Shown in pieces: positions 6,650 through 15,474 of a DNA stretch of 64,000 bases. Made by a program: the position numbers and the translations under genes. Position 1 is the first letter of the stretch. Each line of letters begins with the position of its first letter. Below the pieces are notes generated by a model, which had not been told where the DNA came from, did not search any database, and was given only the letters and a program-made list of their open reading frames with translations. The stretch is from the sequence record OP380601.1; one strand, written 5' to 3'.

Positions 6650-6726
6650 TGGTGCGCCGTGCTGGATTCGAACCAGCGACCCACGCTTTAGAAGAACGTT
6701 GCTCTATCCAACTGAGCTAACAGCGC
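6650..6726 (-). tRNA. tRNA-Arg(TCT)
   Basis: CTTCTAA loop, TTCGAAT, CCA. Confidence 0.95.
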
Positions 6727-6740
6727 ACATTTATATACAC

Positions 6741-6771
6741 ATCATATCACGATATTCGATGGTGTGTAAAC
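6741..6771 (-). promoter_or_regulatory. early (sigma70-type) promoter of the tRNA operon
   Basis: GTTTACA-N18-TATGAT with TG extension; T4 early-promoter -35 GTTTAC. Confidence 0.7.
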
Positions 6772-6775
6772 TTTT

Positions 6776-7171
6776 TTATTTCGTCAATTGTTCATAAATT
6801 CTAATAAGATTCGATTTATAGAACGGGAAGTTCTCATTATACACCACTTCAGGGTCTGATGTAAACACCACACGATATGCAGTTCGTTTACCACTCATAT
6901 AATCAGCTTCCATTGTATCATCAAAATTGAATTCTGCATAGCCTTTTCTACGAAGAATTCGACAACTTACACTAAGCCAAGGACCACAACACGACCCAAG
7001 ACGTTTAATAATGTAAATCTCTTTATCATCCTTATTTAGGTAGCAATAAATTTCATCTTTTTCTTCCCATTCTGGGTCGGTCTGTTTATACAAGATACCA
7101 GATTGTACCAATGTCAGACCCTTCTTGACGAATTTAGAAACTCCTAGTTTGTATTTTTCATTACGTGTCAT
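6776..7171 (-). CDS. hypothetical protein
   Basis: 131-aa ORF with SD GGGAG. Confidence 0.65.
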   Translation of the reverse strand: MTRNEKYKLGVSKFVKKGLTLVQSGILYKQTDPEWEEKDEIYCYLNKDDKEIYIIKRLGSCCGPWLSVSCRILRRKGYAEFNFDDTMEADYMSGKRTAYRVVFTSDPEVVYNENFPFYKSNLIRIYEQLTK

Positions 7172-7188
7172 AAAATACTCCCATAATT

Positions 7189-7328
7189 TGGTGATACTAC
7201 TCAGGTGCTCGGGTCTATACTTCCCCGTTTACCGAAGCCCAGTTCCCACGCCGTGACTTAACCGGTGATTTATTAAGTGGATAAAACCGCTTCGCTTCCT
7301 TACCGCATCGCACCGACCTTTTCGTATC
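7189..7328 (-). ncRNA. 140-nt CCA-ended stable RNA, T4 species C/D-like
   Basis: Terminal stem GATAC/GTATC followed by ACCA; GC-rich; immediately downstream of an early promoter. Confidence 0.6.
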
Positions 7329-7335
7329 TAAAACA

Positions 7336-7366
7336 ATGATAACATATTAAAATATGGTTTGTAAAC
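7336..7366 (-). promoter_or_regulatory. early promoter
   Basis: GTTTACA-N18-TATCAT. Confidence 0.65.
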
Positions 7367-7368
7367 TT

Positions 7369-7746
7369 TTATTTTCCGTCAACAGTTAACCACTCACTTT
7401 CAACAAAAGGTGTATTTTTATTATGCATATTACTCCTTGCTAGGCGTAACTTCTTTTCTTTATTGATGAACGTATATTCAACATATCGATGTTCAACATT
7501 TATATTATACATATAAAGGTGTGTTGCTTCTGGGGTTCGTTCTCTGATAAACATAATAACCGCAGTTACAAGACCATGTAGATCAATACGAATAGACTCA
7601 TCAAAATAAACTCTTTGATTCTCTAGATGAACTATGTTAATTGGGGGTTCTCCGTCTTTAGGATAACCCCATACGGGAATATTTGTTTTTGCATCAATAC
7701 AAAAACACGGGCTATAAACTGTATATACAAATGCGTCATGGGTCAT
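7369..7746 (-). CDS. hypothetical protein
   Basis: 125-aa ORF with ATGA overlap to the upstream gene. Confidence 0.6.
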   Translation of the reverse strand: MTHDAFVYTVYSPCFCIDAKTNIPVWGYPKDGEPPINIVHLENQRVYFDESIRIDLHGLVTAVIMFIRERTPEATHLYMYNINVEHRYVEYTFINKEKKLRLARSNMHNKNTPFVESEWLTVDGK

Positions 7747-8741
7747 ATCATATCTTCACTCAAGAAAACATCGGGATGTTTGTATTCTTTCAACGGGTTA
7801 TATTTTGAGTTGGTTATTTCCAACATACCCGCATGATACCGAATCAGATGAAATTCATTAGACCAATCAGGTTTGGTATACTCTTCAACAATATTGGATG
7901 GTACTTTAACATCCCATTCAATCGGAGTCAACTGAATTTTTTCTGTTTGATTGAATGCCGCAATTTGGATATCCGTCAACATCTTAACTCGTTCAAATTG
8001 ATTTACAGTCTGGCGACCATATTCTTGAGGAACAAGTGTAATATCCAGAGCAGAGATACCAATAAAGAAATCCTCTAATTTGGAGAAAATATCAATATTA
8101 TCGAATATAGCCTTGGTTGAATCATCATGATGTGCATAATGATCGATCATCTCGCCATATTGACTAAGTGAATATAGTTCGTGGTGGCGAACGTTCCCCA
8201 TTTTCAAATTATCAATCATCGTATACATATGATTGATTAAAAAATCTTCTTCATCCGATTTTTTATATTCTTCAATTTGAAGTTCCAACCTTTCTATATT
8301 CCTAGCTGTAGATTCAGGAGTACGATCTTCCCAACGGGAACTAAGATCTAAATTATACTCTTTCTTATAGTTCCATTTTTTGGAACCATATTCAGCAACC
8401 AGATCATATACCGATGATTTTATGACAGACAAAGTGATTTCAGATCGAGTATCCTTTGTGGTAGAAAATAGATTTGGAACAGACCACTTATTATCTGAGT
8501 TATGACCAAGACCGTTCATTAGATTGTTGTGTGTAACGCCCTCGTTGTGCATAGAAACGTTTTTGAACAAACAATCATACCCGAGGTCTTTAGTTACCTC
8601 AAAGTCTCCGTAATCATCGTATACAGCGTTTAATGGGATGGCGCTAATACAAGCGCCATTTGCCATAGCCAATAATACTACTTTATCTCCACATTCTACA
8701 ATCTGGCGACTTACAGAACAAATAGTATTAAAGCTTCCCAT
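7743..8741 (-). CDS. hypothetical protein
   Basis: 332-aa ORF overlapping both neighbours. Confidence 0.7.
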   Translation of the reverse strand: MGSFNTICSVSRQIVECGDKVVLLAMANGACISAIPLNAVYDDYGDFEVTKDLGYDCLFKNVSMHNEGVTHNNLMNGLGHNSDNKWSVPNLFSTTKDTRSEITLSVIKSSVYDLVAEYGSKKWNYKKEYNLDLSSRWEDRTPESTARNIERLELQIEEYKKSDEEDFLINHMYTMIDNLKMGNVRHHELYSLSQYGEMIDHYAHHDDSTKAIFDNIDIFSKLEDFFIGISALDITLVPQEYGRQTVNQFERVKMLTDIQIAAFNQTEKIQLTPIEWDVKVPSNIVEEYTKPDWSNEFHLIRYHAGMLEITNSKYNPLKEYKHPDVFLSEDMI

Positions 8742-9150
8742 CCGGTTTCTCCAAGTCGTTTTTGAAATTTTCTACATCCCAAGTAACCGCATGTGACGCA
8801 TCAAACACCGAGTCAAAGCCATTTTTTGTAAGATTTCCAACAAATCTAGCAGAGAATGAAGTAAATCCTCTTTGTTCATTCCAGATTTCACTATGATATT
8901 TTGTGATATCTGCATATACATGAACCAGATCATTTTCAACATCATATTCGATATTTTCAATACGACCCACGGGTTTAGGAGTAGATGTAATTTCATACAA
9001 ATTAAATTGTTGACCATAATTAATTTCTGTTGGTAAAGTTTCTTTATACTTTTCCAATACTTTTGGATCTATAACAAAAATAGTACCGTTTCGGTTTTTA
9101 ATCATATTATCACAAATACGTGTATTATATACACCGAGTTTAACTTTCAT
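8728..9150 (-). CDS. hypothetical protein
   Basis: 140-aa ORF with SD AGGA. Confidence 0.65.
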   Translation of the reverse strand: MKVKLGVYNTRICDNMIKNRNGTIFVIDPKVLEKYKETLPTEINYGQQFNLYEITSTPKPVGRIENIEYDVENDLVHVYADITKYHSEIWNEQRGFTSFSARFVGNLTKNGFDSVFDASHAVTWDVENFKNDLEKPDGKL

Positions 9151-9162
9151 TTTTAATATCCT

Positions 9163-10368
9163 TTATTTTGTTTTTACACCACAAACCATATACATACCAT
9201 AATCATCAACATCACTATACTTTTCATATGGATTTATAGGATTTAATTTAAGATTCTTATACACCGTATAGTCAACATGGTGATGCCATCTATTAAATTT
9301 CCAAACAACTTTAGCAACATCAGGATGTAGGTCCTCAATCATTTTTGATTTTGGCATTGTCCCTTCTTCATCATAAAACTCTTTACTATTACCACCCCGC
9401 ATTCTTTGAGTGGTAACTTTTCCACACAAAAAAGCGTTAAATTGGATAGTACATAAACCATCCTTTAGAACTCTAAGACTAAGATCTGTATCTTCGTTAT
9501 ATCGACCTCTCCATCGATAACCACTATCATTCTCAATCAAAAGACAAGAATAAATTCGGGTATTCTTAGTATATGGGTTTACCTTATCTGTGGATTTACA
9601 GAACGAGTAATAGTTTAACCCACTAACCGGAACGTTGTCAAACCTATCAACGAAATCCTCTGCTGCCCTAAAACATGCAGGGGTCCTGACCGGTAATTTC
9701 ATATTATTATGAAGTCTATGAAAATCATCTAAATTATCATCCATGACCCAATGACGTTTAAATCCGTTCTGTTTTGAATGATCTATGCAAAAATTGCGAG
9801 CAGCACCAGGGCCCTTACTTCTAGTATCCCCGAGATCATCACAGGTATCATATTCATCTAGGTAATGTTGAGGAAGAACAAGACAACGATGATCACCTAC
9901 AACTTCAGAATAATTTTCTAACTCATGTTTTTCACATACTACATAATAATCGACACCCACTCTATCTAATGCTTTCCATGTCAACCCATTTTTATAACGA
10001 CCTTTAGAAACGATATAGATTGGGTATCGATTTTGTTTATCGTCACCAAACCAACGTTTATCAGCATTTATCCCTCGAACCAATTGAGGATACCATATAG
10101 ATTTTGTTTTTTCTGTCAATGGCTGGTTTGTCTGAGTGGATAAAGTATCTATATTGTAAAAATAAATTTCCTTATCCGACTTAGATAGAGGAACACCTAA
10201 TCGTTTTGAGAAGTCGGATAGGTCATTTTCATTATCAAATCTGATCAAAATCTTTTGAGGAGATTTATCTGAAAACATATCAACAACTTCTATCGCAGTT
10301 ATTAGGTGATATTCTTTTTGCTTTTCCTGCGTAAATGCAGGCATACCAACCCATTCCATATTAAGCAC
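9163..10368 (-). CDS. GREB1-like / TET-associated glycosyltransferase (TAGT family) with an N-terminal accessory domain
   Basis: RYPIYIVSKGR start motif, GPGAARN, HWVMDDN (DxD-type), NEDTDLSLRVL. Confidence 0.75.
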   Translation of the reverse strand: MLNMEWVGMPAFTQEKQKEYHLITAIEVVDMFSDKSPQKILIRFDNENDLSDFSKRLGVPLSKSDKEIYFYNIDTLSTQTNQPLTEKTKSIWYPQLVRGINADKRWFGDDKQNRYPIYIVSKGRYKNGLTWKALDRVGVDYYVVCEKHELENYSEVVGDHRCLVLPQHYLDEYDTCDDLGDTRSKGPGAARNFCIDHSKQNGFKRHWVMDDNLDDFHRLHNNMKLPVRTPACFRAAEDFVDRFDNVPVSGLNYYSFCKSTDKVNPYTKNTRIYSCLLIENDSGYRWRGRYNEDTDLSLRVLKDGLCTIQFNAFLCGKVTTQRMRGGNSKEFYDEEGTMPKSKMIEDLHPDVAKVVWKFNRWHHHVDYTVYKNLKLNPINPYEKYSDVDDYGMYMVCGVKTK

Positions 10369-10504
10369 CTACATAAACATCTTCGATTTCATTACTATCC
10401 ACCCACACCGCATATGTATCGGTTACCAAAAGAGATTGTTCATTAGGAAATGGAATAACATCTTTAGCTTCAATCTTTTGACCGGATTTCATAACAACTT
10501 GCAT
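10361..10504 (-). CDS. 47-aa hypothetical protein (not in ORF track)
   Basis: MQVVMKSGQKIEAKDVIPFPNEQSLLVTDTYAVWVDSNEIEDVYVGA; SD AGAGG. Confidence 0.55.
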   Translation of the reverse strand: MQVVMKSGQKIEAKDVIPFPNEQSLLVTDTYAVWVDSNEIEDVYVGA

Positions 10505-10569
10505 ATACTAACCTCTTGGTAAGAAAAATCCCCTACCAATAATTTGATAGGGGATGAAAAACGTAAAAA

Positions 10570-10788
10570 TTACATATATCCGCGACTAGTTTGGATCATA
10601 ATATTGGAAATCTTATCAAATGATTCTTGTACGGCGATTGTCTTATAACTGGATGTTCGCGTTTCTACTGTAATAAAAGCAACACCATTTCTTTCAAAAA
10701 GACCCCTTACAAAAGAAGTATCGACAACCATACGCTCAATGCCGTTAAATTCTGAAGGATCCACTAGAGTTACAATAAACTGAGACAT
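10570..10788 (-). CDS. hypothetical protein
   Basis: 72-aa ORF with SD AGGA. Confidence 0.6.
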   Translation of the reverse strand: MSQFIVTLVDPSEFNGIERMVVDTSFVRGLFERNGVAFITVETRTSSYKTIAVQESFDKISNIMIQTSRGYM

Positions 10789-10812
10789 TATATTTTCCTA
10801 TTGTTTTAAATT

Positions 10813-10897
10813 TGGTGCTTGTGGAGGGATTCGAACCCTCAATCCCGTAGGCGGGAGATTTTAAGTCTCCTGTGTATGCCAGTTCCACCACACAAGC
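10813..10897 (-). tRNA. tRNA-Leu(TAA)
   Basis: CTTAAAA loop, variable arm, TTCGAAT, CCA; isolated from the main cluster. Confidence 0.95.
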
Positions 10898-10913
10898 TTT
10901 ATTTGATAGGGTC

Positions 10914-10944
10914 ATTATCTCACGATTATGACCCATTTGTAAAC
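10914..10944 (-). promoter_or_regulatory. early promoter
   Basis: GTTTACA-N18-GATAAT. Confidence 0.6.
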
Positions 10945-10952
10945 TTATTATT

Positions 10953-11966
10953 TTAAAAAGTTTTTACGTTTAGAAGATTCTTCTTGACCCGAGTTTCAAT
11001 CTGGTCTACAGATTCGGAATTGTGAGTTTTTAGATCTTTTACAAGATTAGCCATAACATCCATATTTTCATGAGTCTCAATCTCATAAATCGATGCAGTA
11101 ACAGACCAACGTTTTTTATCTCCGGTTCGACCTGAGACGTTCCAAATTCCTTTTCTCATCCATGTCATACGACTGAAGTATAAAACAGAACCATTACCTA
11201 AGTCAATAGCGTAATCGTCTCCACCAAGATTTCTTCCCTCAAGTTCTTTCTTGACAAAGAGAACATAATCTGCTTTCTTAAGGGGTTTTACTTTCTTGTC
11301 ACTGGCAAAAGCTTTTTTCAGTTTAGTTTCTGGAAAAAGAACTTTCGGATCTTTCATGAACTTTTCAGTTTCAGAACGATTATAATTTTTCTGAGTCATT
11401 TTAACTTTCTTACGGTCAATCATAACCTCAGTAGTCACACCCATATCACTAAGTTCCGGCTTGTCAAACCCAGCACCAAGAGCTTTAGTAATAAAGATGG
11501 TAGCCATCGCAGTCATATCAAAGAATACCGTATTATCATCAGAGGTAAACTTATAATCAACCGCTACAAAATTCCCGATGGACGGGGATTTGATCTGGCG
11601 TTCAAAAAGGAATTTCTTCCCTGCCATCTTTTCAAAGTAAGCCAGATATGCTTGTGTGTCGAAAAATTTATCAAACATATGAGTGACGAAGTTTAGAATA
11701 ACTTGCTTTTCTTCTTTACTCTTAGCCTGTCTATCCTGAAACGACATTTCTTTTTCTGCACCAGACTTACCCTTTAGAGCCTCGTATGCAGTATTGATAT
11801 CTTGCATTTTTTCTGTAGAACCACCACGATCTGGATGGTTATTTTTTGCAGCTTTACGATAAGCAGCCTTTAGGTCTTCCTCTGTAAATCTAGAGGACAA
11901 TCCCAAGGTTTTCATGGCTACAGATTGAGCTACAGACTCAAAAAGTTCCGAGAAGGTTTTAGACAT
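10953..11966 (-). CDS. J-domain (DnaJ-like) protein; likely start MSKTF at 11966
   Basis: LGL...EDLKAAYRKAAKNNHPDRGGSTEKMQDINTAYEAL contains the HPD motif; SD AGGA; late promoter at 11989-11995. Confidence 0.85.
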   Translation of the reverse strand: MSKTFSELFESVAQSVAMKTLGLSSRFTEEDLKAAYRKAAKNNHPDRGGSTEKMQDINTAYEALKGKSGAEKEMSFQDRQAKSKEEKQVILNFVTHMFDKFFDTQAYLAYFEKMAGKKFLFERQIKSPSIGNFVAVDYKFTSDDNTVFFDMTAMATIFITKALGAGFDKPELSDMGVTTEVMIDRKKVKMTQKNYNRSETEKFMKDPKVLFPETKLKKAFASDKKVKPLKKADYVLFVKKELEGRNLGGDDYAIDLGNGSVLYFSRMTWMRKGIWNVSGRTGDKKRWSVTASIYEIETHENMDVMANLVKDLKTHNSESVDQIETRVKKNLLNVKTF

Positions 11967-12050
11967 TTTTATTTTCCTTGTAAAGCTGTATTTAGGGAAC
12001 ATGTGTATGATATCAACATAGAATACTAAAATCAACACATTTCTAAAATA

Positions 12051-12080
12051 AAAAGGGGATTGCCGTTAAGCAACCCCCTT
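12051..12080 (-). terminator. intrinsic terminator
   Basis: AAGGGGATTGC/GCAACCCCTT hairpin with U-tract. Confidence 0.65.
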
Positions 12081-12086
12081 ATAACA

Positions 12087-12311
12087 TTACTCGGCAACAA
12101 CTTCAACTTGATTTTGCTTCAGCACTTCAATGGCTTCTACAAAAGATTCAAACTGAGTAGCCTTCTCACCTTCCAGACCTAGCTGTTTTGCTAGATGTGC
12201 AAACAGTTCAGCATGAAAATTTGAACTACGTTGCAGTTCTTCGCTAACGTCAAAAATACGGGCTTTCAGTTCAATGATAGTGGTTTGAAGTTGTTTAACT
12301 TGGTCTTGCAT
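12087..12311 (-). CDS. gp57A: tail fiber assembly chaperone
   Basis: IIELKARIFDVSEEL...LAKQLGL...VEAIEVL resembles T4 gp57A; follows gene 1. Confidence 0.8.
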   Translation of the reverse strand: MQDQVKQLQTTIIELKARIFDVSEELQRSSNFHAELFAHLAKQLGLEGEKATQFESFVEAIEVLKQNQVEVVAE

Positions 12312-12312
12312 T

Positions 12313-13050
12313 TTATTTTCCTTTAATTATAGATTCAATTTTTGATTTGAGATTTTCAAGAGTTCCATCATTATAAACGATGGTGTCACTAGCACTAGGT
12401 TCTAAGCCTTTTTCTGTTATGTGGCTATCCGTAGATACGATCCCAGTTTTTACAACAAAAATAACATGTGCGTTATTTTCTCTACAATATTGCATTTCAT
12501 GGGTTTGACGAATATCCGTGATGATAATATCATTATCTATTGTTGGAATACATTCCAACCAGTAATCTCGTCTAACACTAACTACTAGGTCCGTTCCTAA
12601 AACTTGCATAAGTCTTCGTATCGACCATCTATATTTATTTTCTATATCGTTCGCTAACCGTTTATTTCCAAACATATTAGCAAAACTCCAACACATAACA
12701 TCTTTGAATGTCATACAATCCAAAGCCCTAAGACTTTTAATCTTTAGGAAAAGTTGGCTTAACTCGTCGTGACTAAACTTATTAGTTCTATTACAGAACA
12801 TTACAGACGTATTTAGGATGTTTCTAAGTTCTAACGTTGAGAGTTCTAAATCAATCTCTCGGTCATATTCAGTTTGACCGTTTATATCTTCCCAAGACAA
12901 ATTAAATTTTGTTCTTGGCTCGATTGCATAAAACAATGCACGTTTAATTGGTTCTGCAAGTGCATATGGTTTTGCGCCGGTCAACTCTTGAATGAAATTA
13001 GATACAGTATCCTTTCCGGTTCTCTTTAATCCGGAAACAGCATATATCAT
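12313..13050 (-). CDS. gp1: deoxynucleoside monophosphate kinase
   Basis: SGLKRTGKDT P-loop, RRLMQVLGTD, ITDIRQ. Confidence 0.9.
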   Translation of the reverse strand: MIYAVSGLKRTGKDTVSNFIQELTGAKPYALAEPIKRALFYAIEPRTKFNLSWEDINGQTEYDREIDLELSTLELRNILNTSVMFCNRTNKFSHDELSQLFLKIKSLRALDCMTFKDVMCWSFANMFGNKRLANDIENKYRWSIRRLMQVLGTDLVVSVRRDYWLECIPTIDNDIIITDIRQTHEMQYCRENNAHVIFVVKTGIVSTDSHITEKGLEPSASDTIVYNDGTLENLKSKIESIIKGK

Positions 13051-13052
13051 AA

Positions 13053-13104
13053 CATAATCTCCCTTGATATGAAATCATTATATCACACCTCAAGGGAGAT
13101 TATG
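13053..13104 (-). promoter_or_regulatory. early promoter of gene 1 inside a 15-bp perfect inverted repeat that covers the gene 1 SD
   Basis: CATAATCTCCCTTGA (13053-13067) / TCAAGGGAGATTATG (13090-13104); TATAAT at 13077-13082 in the loop. Confidence 0.65.
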
Positions 13105-13108
13105 AACT

Positions 13109-13669
13109 TCATCTTATGGATGGATGGAACGAAGGGGTTCCTACCTGTTCTGTCTTTGGTAAGATCTCTACACCATTATTACCAGATAACAATGAAAAAG
13201 ATGAATATCCAAATGATACCATACTGAACAAAGCTGGGTTTCCTTCCTCAGTATACCCCATTTCCAATTCGTCTATAGAATATGGAAATGGGTTGTTTAA
13301 TTTCATAGTCATCACTATCTTACGTTTATGGTTATCCAGTATATGAATTAGCATAGACATTGGTCGCATACCAGGCAAGTGTGCGGTTGAGTTAAACGAT
13401 CTACTGTCTGTGATGGAAATTATCCACTGATATATTTCCTGATAAGATTTAAATTCTTCATCAATTAAAAATCTAATTCTTACGGGTTCGTAATTAATTT
13501 TAGAACCCGGCATCATTCCCATACCCATTTGATTGGTACTAACCCTCGACAATTCCATTTCAATAGACGGAAGAGTAACGGATTGAGCAGAACTAACAAA
13601 ATGAACAGTAGTGTTTGCGTCTGGGATTTCCAGACGCATATTTGTAATGTGTGCTTGATTTGTTATCAT
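13109..13669 (-). CDS. gp3: tail tube terminator
   Basis: LEIPD...QSVTLPSI...GSKINYEPVRIRFLIDEEFKSYQEIYQW; position in the tail module. Confidence 0.9.
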   Translation of the reverse strand: MITNQAHITNMRLEIPDANTTVHFVSSAQSVTLPSIEMELSRVSTNQMGMGMMPGSKINYEPVRIRFLIDEEFKSYQEIYQWIISITDSRSFNSTAHLPGMRPMSMLIHILDNHKRKIVMTMKLNNPFPYSIDELEMGYTEEGNPALFSMVSFGYSSFSLLSGNNGVEILPKTEQVGTPSFHPSIR

Positions 13670-15474
13670 GATAACGGTTGTACTCCATATGACCCGATAG
13701 GTTGTTCTGCGTTATAAGGACCGAACCCAGAAGGAAGAACAGAACTCATAGCGTTATAGGTAGTATTATGCAAAGCGGCATATTCCGCTCCTATTCTACG
13801 GGAAGCCATTTCTTCTTTTTCTGCGTTTACTTTCTTCCTATATTCTTCAACCTTCTTATTACTTTCTTCGATTCGTTGTGATTGTGCTTTATCTTCACCT
13901 GACCGGATCACCGGCTCTATTTTAGATTCAGATGCTTCAGCTTCACCGAAACCAAAGAAGTTTCCAACGGCGGAAGCCCCTTCACTAAGCATAGCTTTCC
14001 CTTTATCAACTACATCGGGATTATCTGCCAAATAACTACCGATCTCATATAGGGTTAAAGCGGTTCCTACAAATGGAATCATTCTAAGACCGACTTTAGC
14101 AGCAACCTTTACAGCACCACTAGAAGCAACTTTCTTAAATAGACTCTCCCCCGCGACCTCAACACCTTTCTTTCCAAGCTTTTTAGCAGCCACATCTTTA
14201 GCAGCTTCTTTACCCAAAGTCTTTCCTGCATCTTTTGGTATCCTATCAGCAGGACCACTGGGTTTCGGTTGTGTTGTTGATGGTGTTGGTTGTTTCTTAC
14301 CATTAACATCGGGGGATGTTGATGTTGGGGTTTTAGTTGTTTTCTTAGGATCTGGACTACTAGTTTTAGGAGTACCGGTCGGTTTCTTTATACCGAATAG
14401 TCCTTTTGCTAGATCCAAAAACTTAGTCATCGCTCCTGATATAGCAAGACCTATTGCACCCGCCAATCCACCTAGTGTTGCCATCAATGCAGGAATAGAA
14501 CCCGCAAGACTCATCAATATCCCACCAATAGGAAGAAGAAAACCTAATAGCTTACTGAATATCATAGACATTTGAAACGCTTTTAACCATTTCATCAATC
14601 CACCAAAACGCTTTTCACTCTTATCACGTTCTTGCTTATTCTCATCTCTATCTTTTTTCTTATTGGCGTTTTCCCGTTCTTCTTTTACTTTTTCTTCGGG
14701 GGATCCTGAGTTTGTTGGGATTTGGTTGAATTTAGAAACTGCGTCAGCCTTCTTCTCTGAATAAGCCTTTGATGCCCTTTCATCTAGATTCTTTTCCTTA
14801 CGTGCGTTGTGTGCGTCAAGAACTGCCCCACCTACAAACTTAGAAGCATTAGACACCTGTTGAAAACCGGGAATAGTTGACAATATATCATTAATGGTTC
14901 CTGTGATCATACCGACACCGGCACTCATAGTATGACCAAGAATTTTAGCAGTTGCGGAAGTCTCAGAGTTTTTCATTCTACCAACAATATTTGCCTTTGA
15001 AGCAACATCACGAATGAATTTTCCAGTCTTTCCATTTTCCTTTTTGAATTCTTCTATGAATTCATCTTTAGTTCCAATCTCCCTTTTAATAAATTCTTCT
15101 AGAGTTTCCCGTGTATCTTCCGGTACTGTATTTGGAGATTCAGGAGAAGTATGATCTACTAAAGGCTGTTGTCTATTTAGAATATCACTAAGATACTTGC
15201 GTCTTTCTTCGTCAAACCCATCTTCAGATTTATCTCGGGCCTTTATATTCTTTCTACTCTTTTTTAATTGAGTTGCAAGCTTTTCTTGCTCTTGTGCAAC
15301 TTGTATAGAAGAATCAGAATTAATATCATAGGCTGCGGTTAAATCCGTTGTTGTTTTGGCTAGTACCCCAGATTTATCATCTAGGGTCAACATAGAATCC
15401 GTAACGATATTCATAGACTCAACTACATCATTTACTGATGCAGTTAGTTCCCGTGATTGTTTATCGTTAATCAT
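13666..15474 (-). CDS. gp29: baseplate hub / tape measure protein
   Basis: 602 aa (about T4 gp29 size), helical and charged, central hydrophobic stretch, P/T/K-rich linker; between gene 3 and genes 26/51. Confidence 0.7.
   Translation of the reverse strand: MINDKQSRELTASVNDVVESMNIVTDSMLTLDDKSGVLAKTTTDLTAAYDINSDSSIQVAQEQEKLATQLKKSRKNIKARDKSEDGFDEERRKYLSDILNRQQPLVDHTSPESPNTVPEDTRETLEEFIKREIGTKDEFIEEFKKENGKTGKFIRDVASKANIVGRMKNSETSATAKILGHTMSAGVGMITGTINDILSTIPGFQQVSNASKFVGGAVLDAHNARKEKNLDERASKAYSEKKADAVSKFNQIPTNSGSPEEKVKEERENANKKKDRDENKQERDKSEKRFGGLMKWLKAFQMSMIFSKLLGFLLPIGGILMSLAGSIPALMATLGGLAGAIGLAISGAMTKFLDLAKGLFGIKKPTGTPKTSSPDPKKTTKTPTSTSPDVNGKKQPTPSTTQPKPSGPADRIPKDAGKTLGKEAAKDVAAKKLGKKGVEVAGESLFKKVASSGAVKVAAKVGLRMIPFVGTALTLYEIGSYLADNPDVVDKGKAMLSEGASAVGNFFGFGEAEASESKIEPVIRSGEDKAQSQRIEESNKKVEEYRKKVNAEKEEMASRRIGAEYAALHNTTYNAMSSVLPSGFGPYNAEQPIGSYGVQPLS

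Noticed and set aside
4221-6720. ORF-track ORFs at 4221-4466, 4677-4868, 4699-4962, 5169-5372, 5338-5607, 5438-5668 and 6454-6720
   Set aside because: They overlap tRNA genes, mostly antisense; their peptides (GLEPAT, GFEP) are the usual tRNA T-arm shadow
14250-14400. P/T/K-rich low-complexity stretch in gp29 as a repeat array
   Set aside because: No exact nucleotide periodicity; ordinary disordered linker
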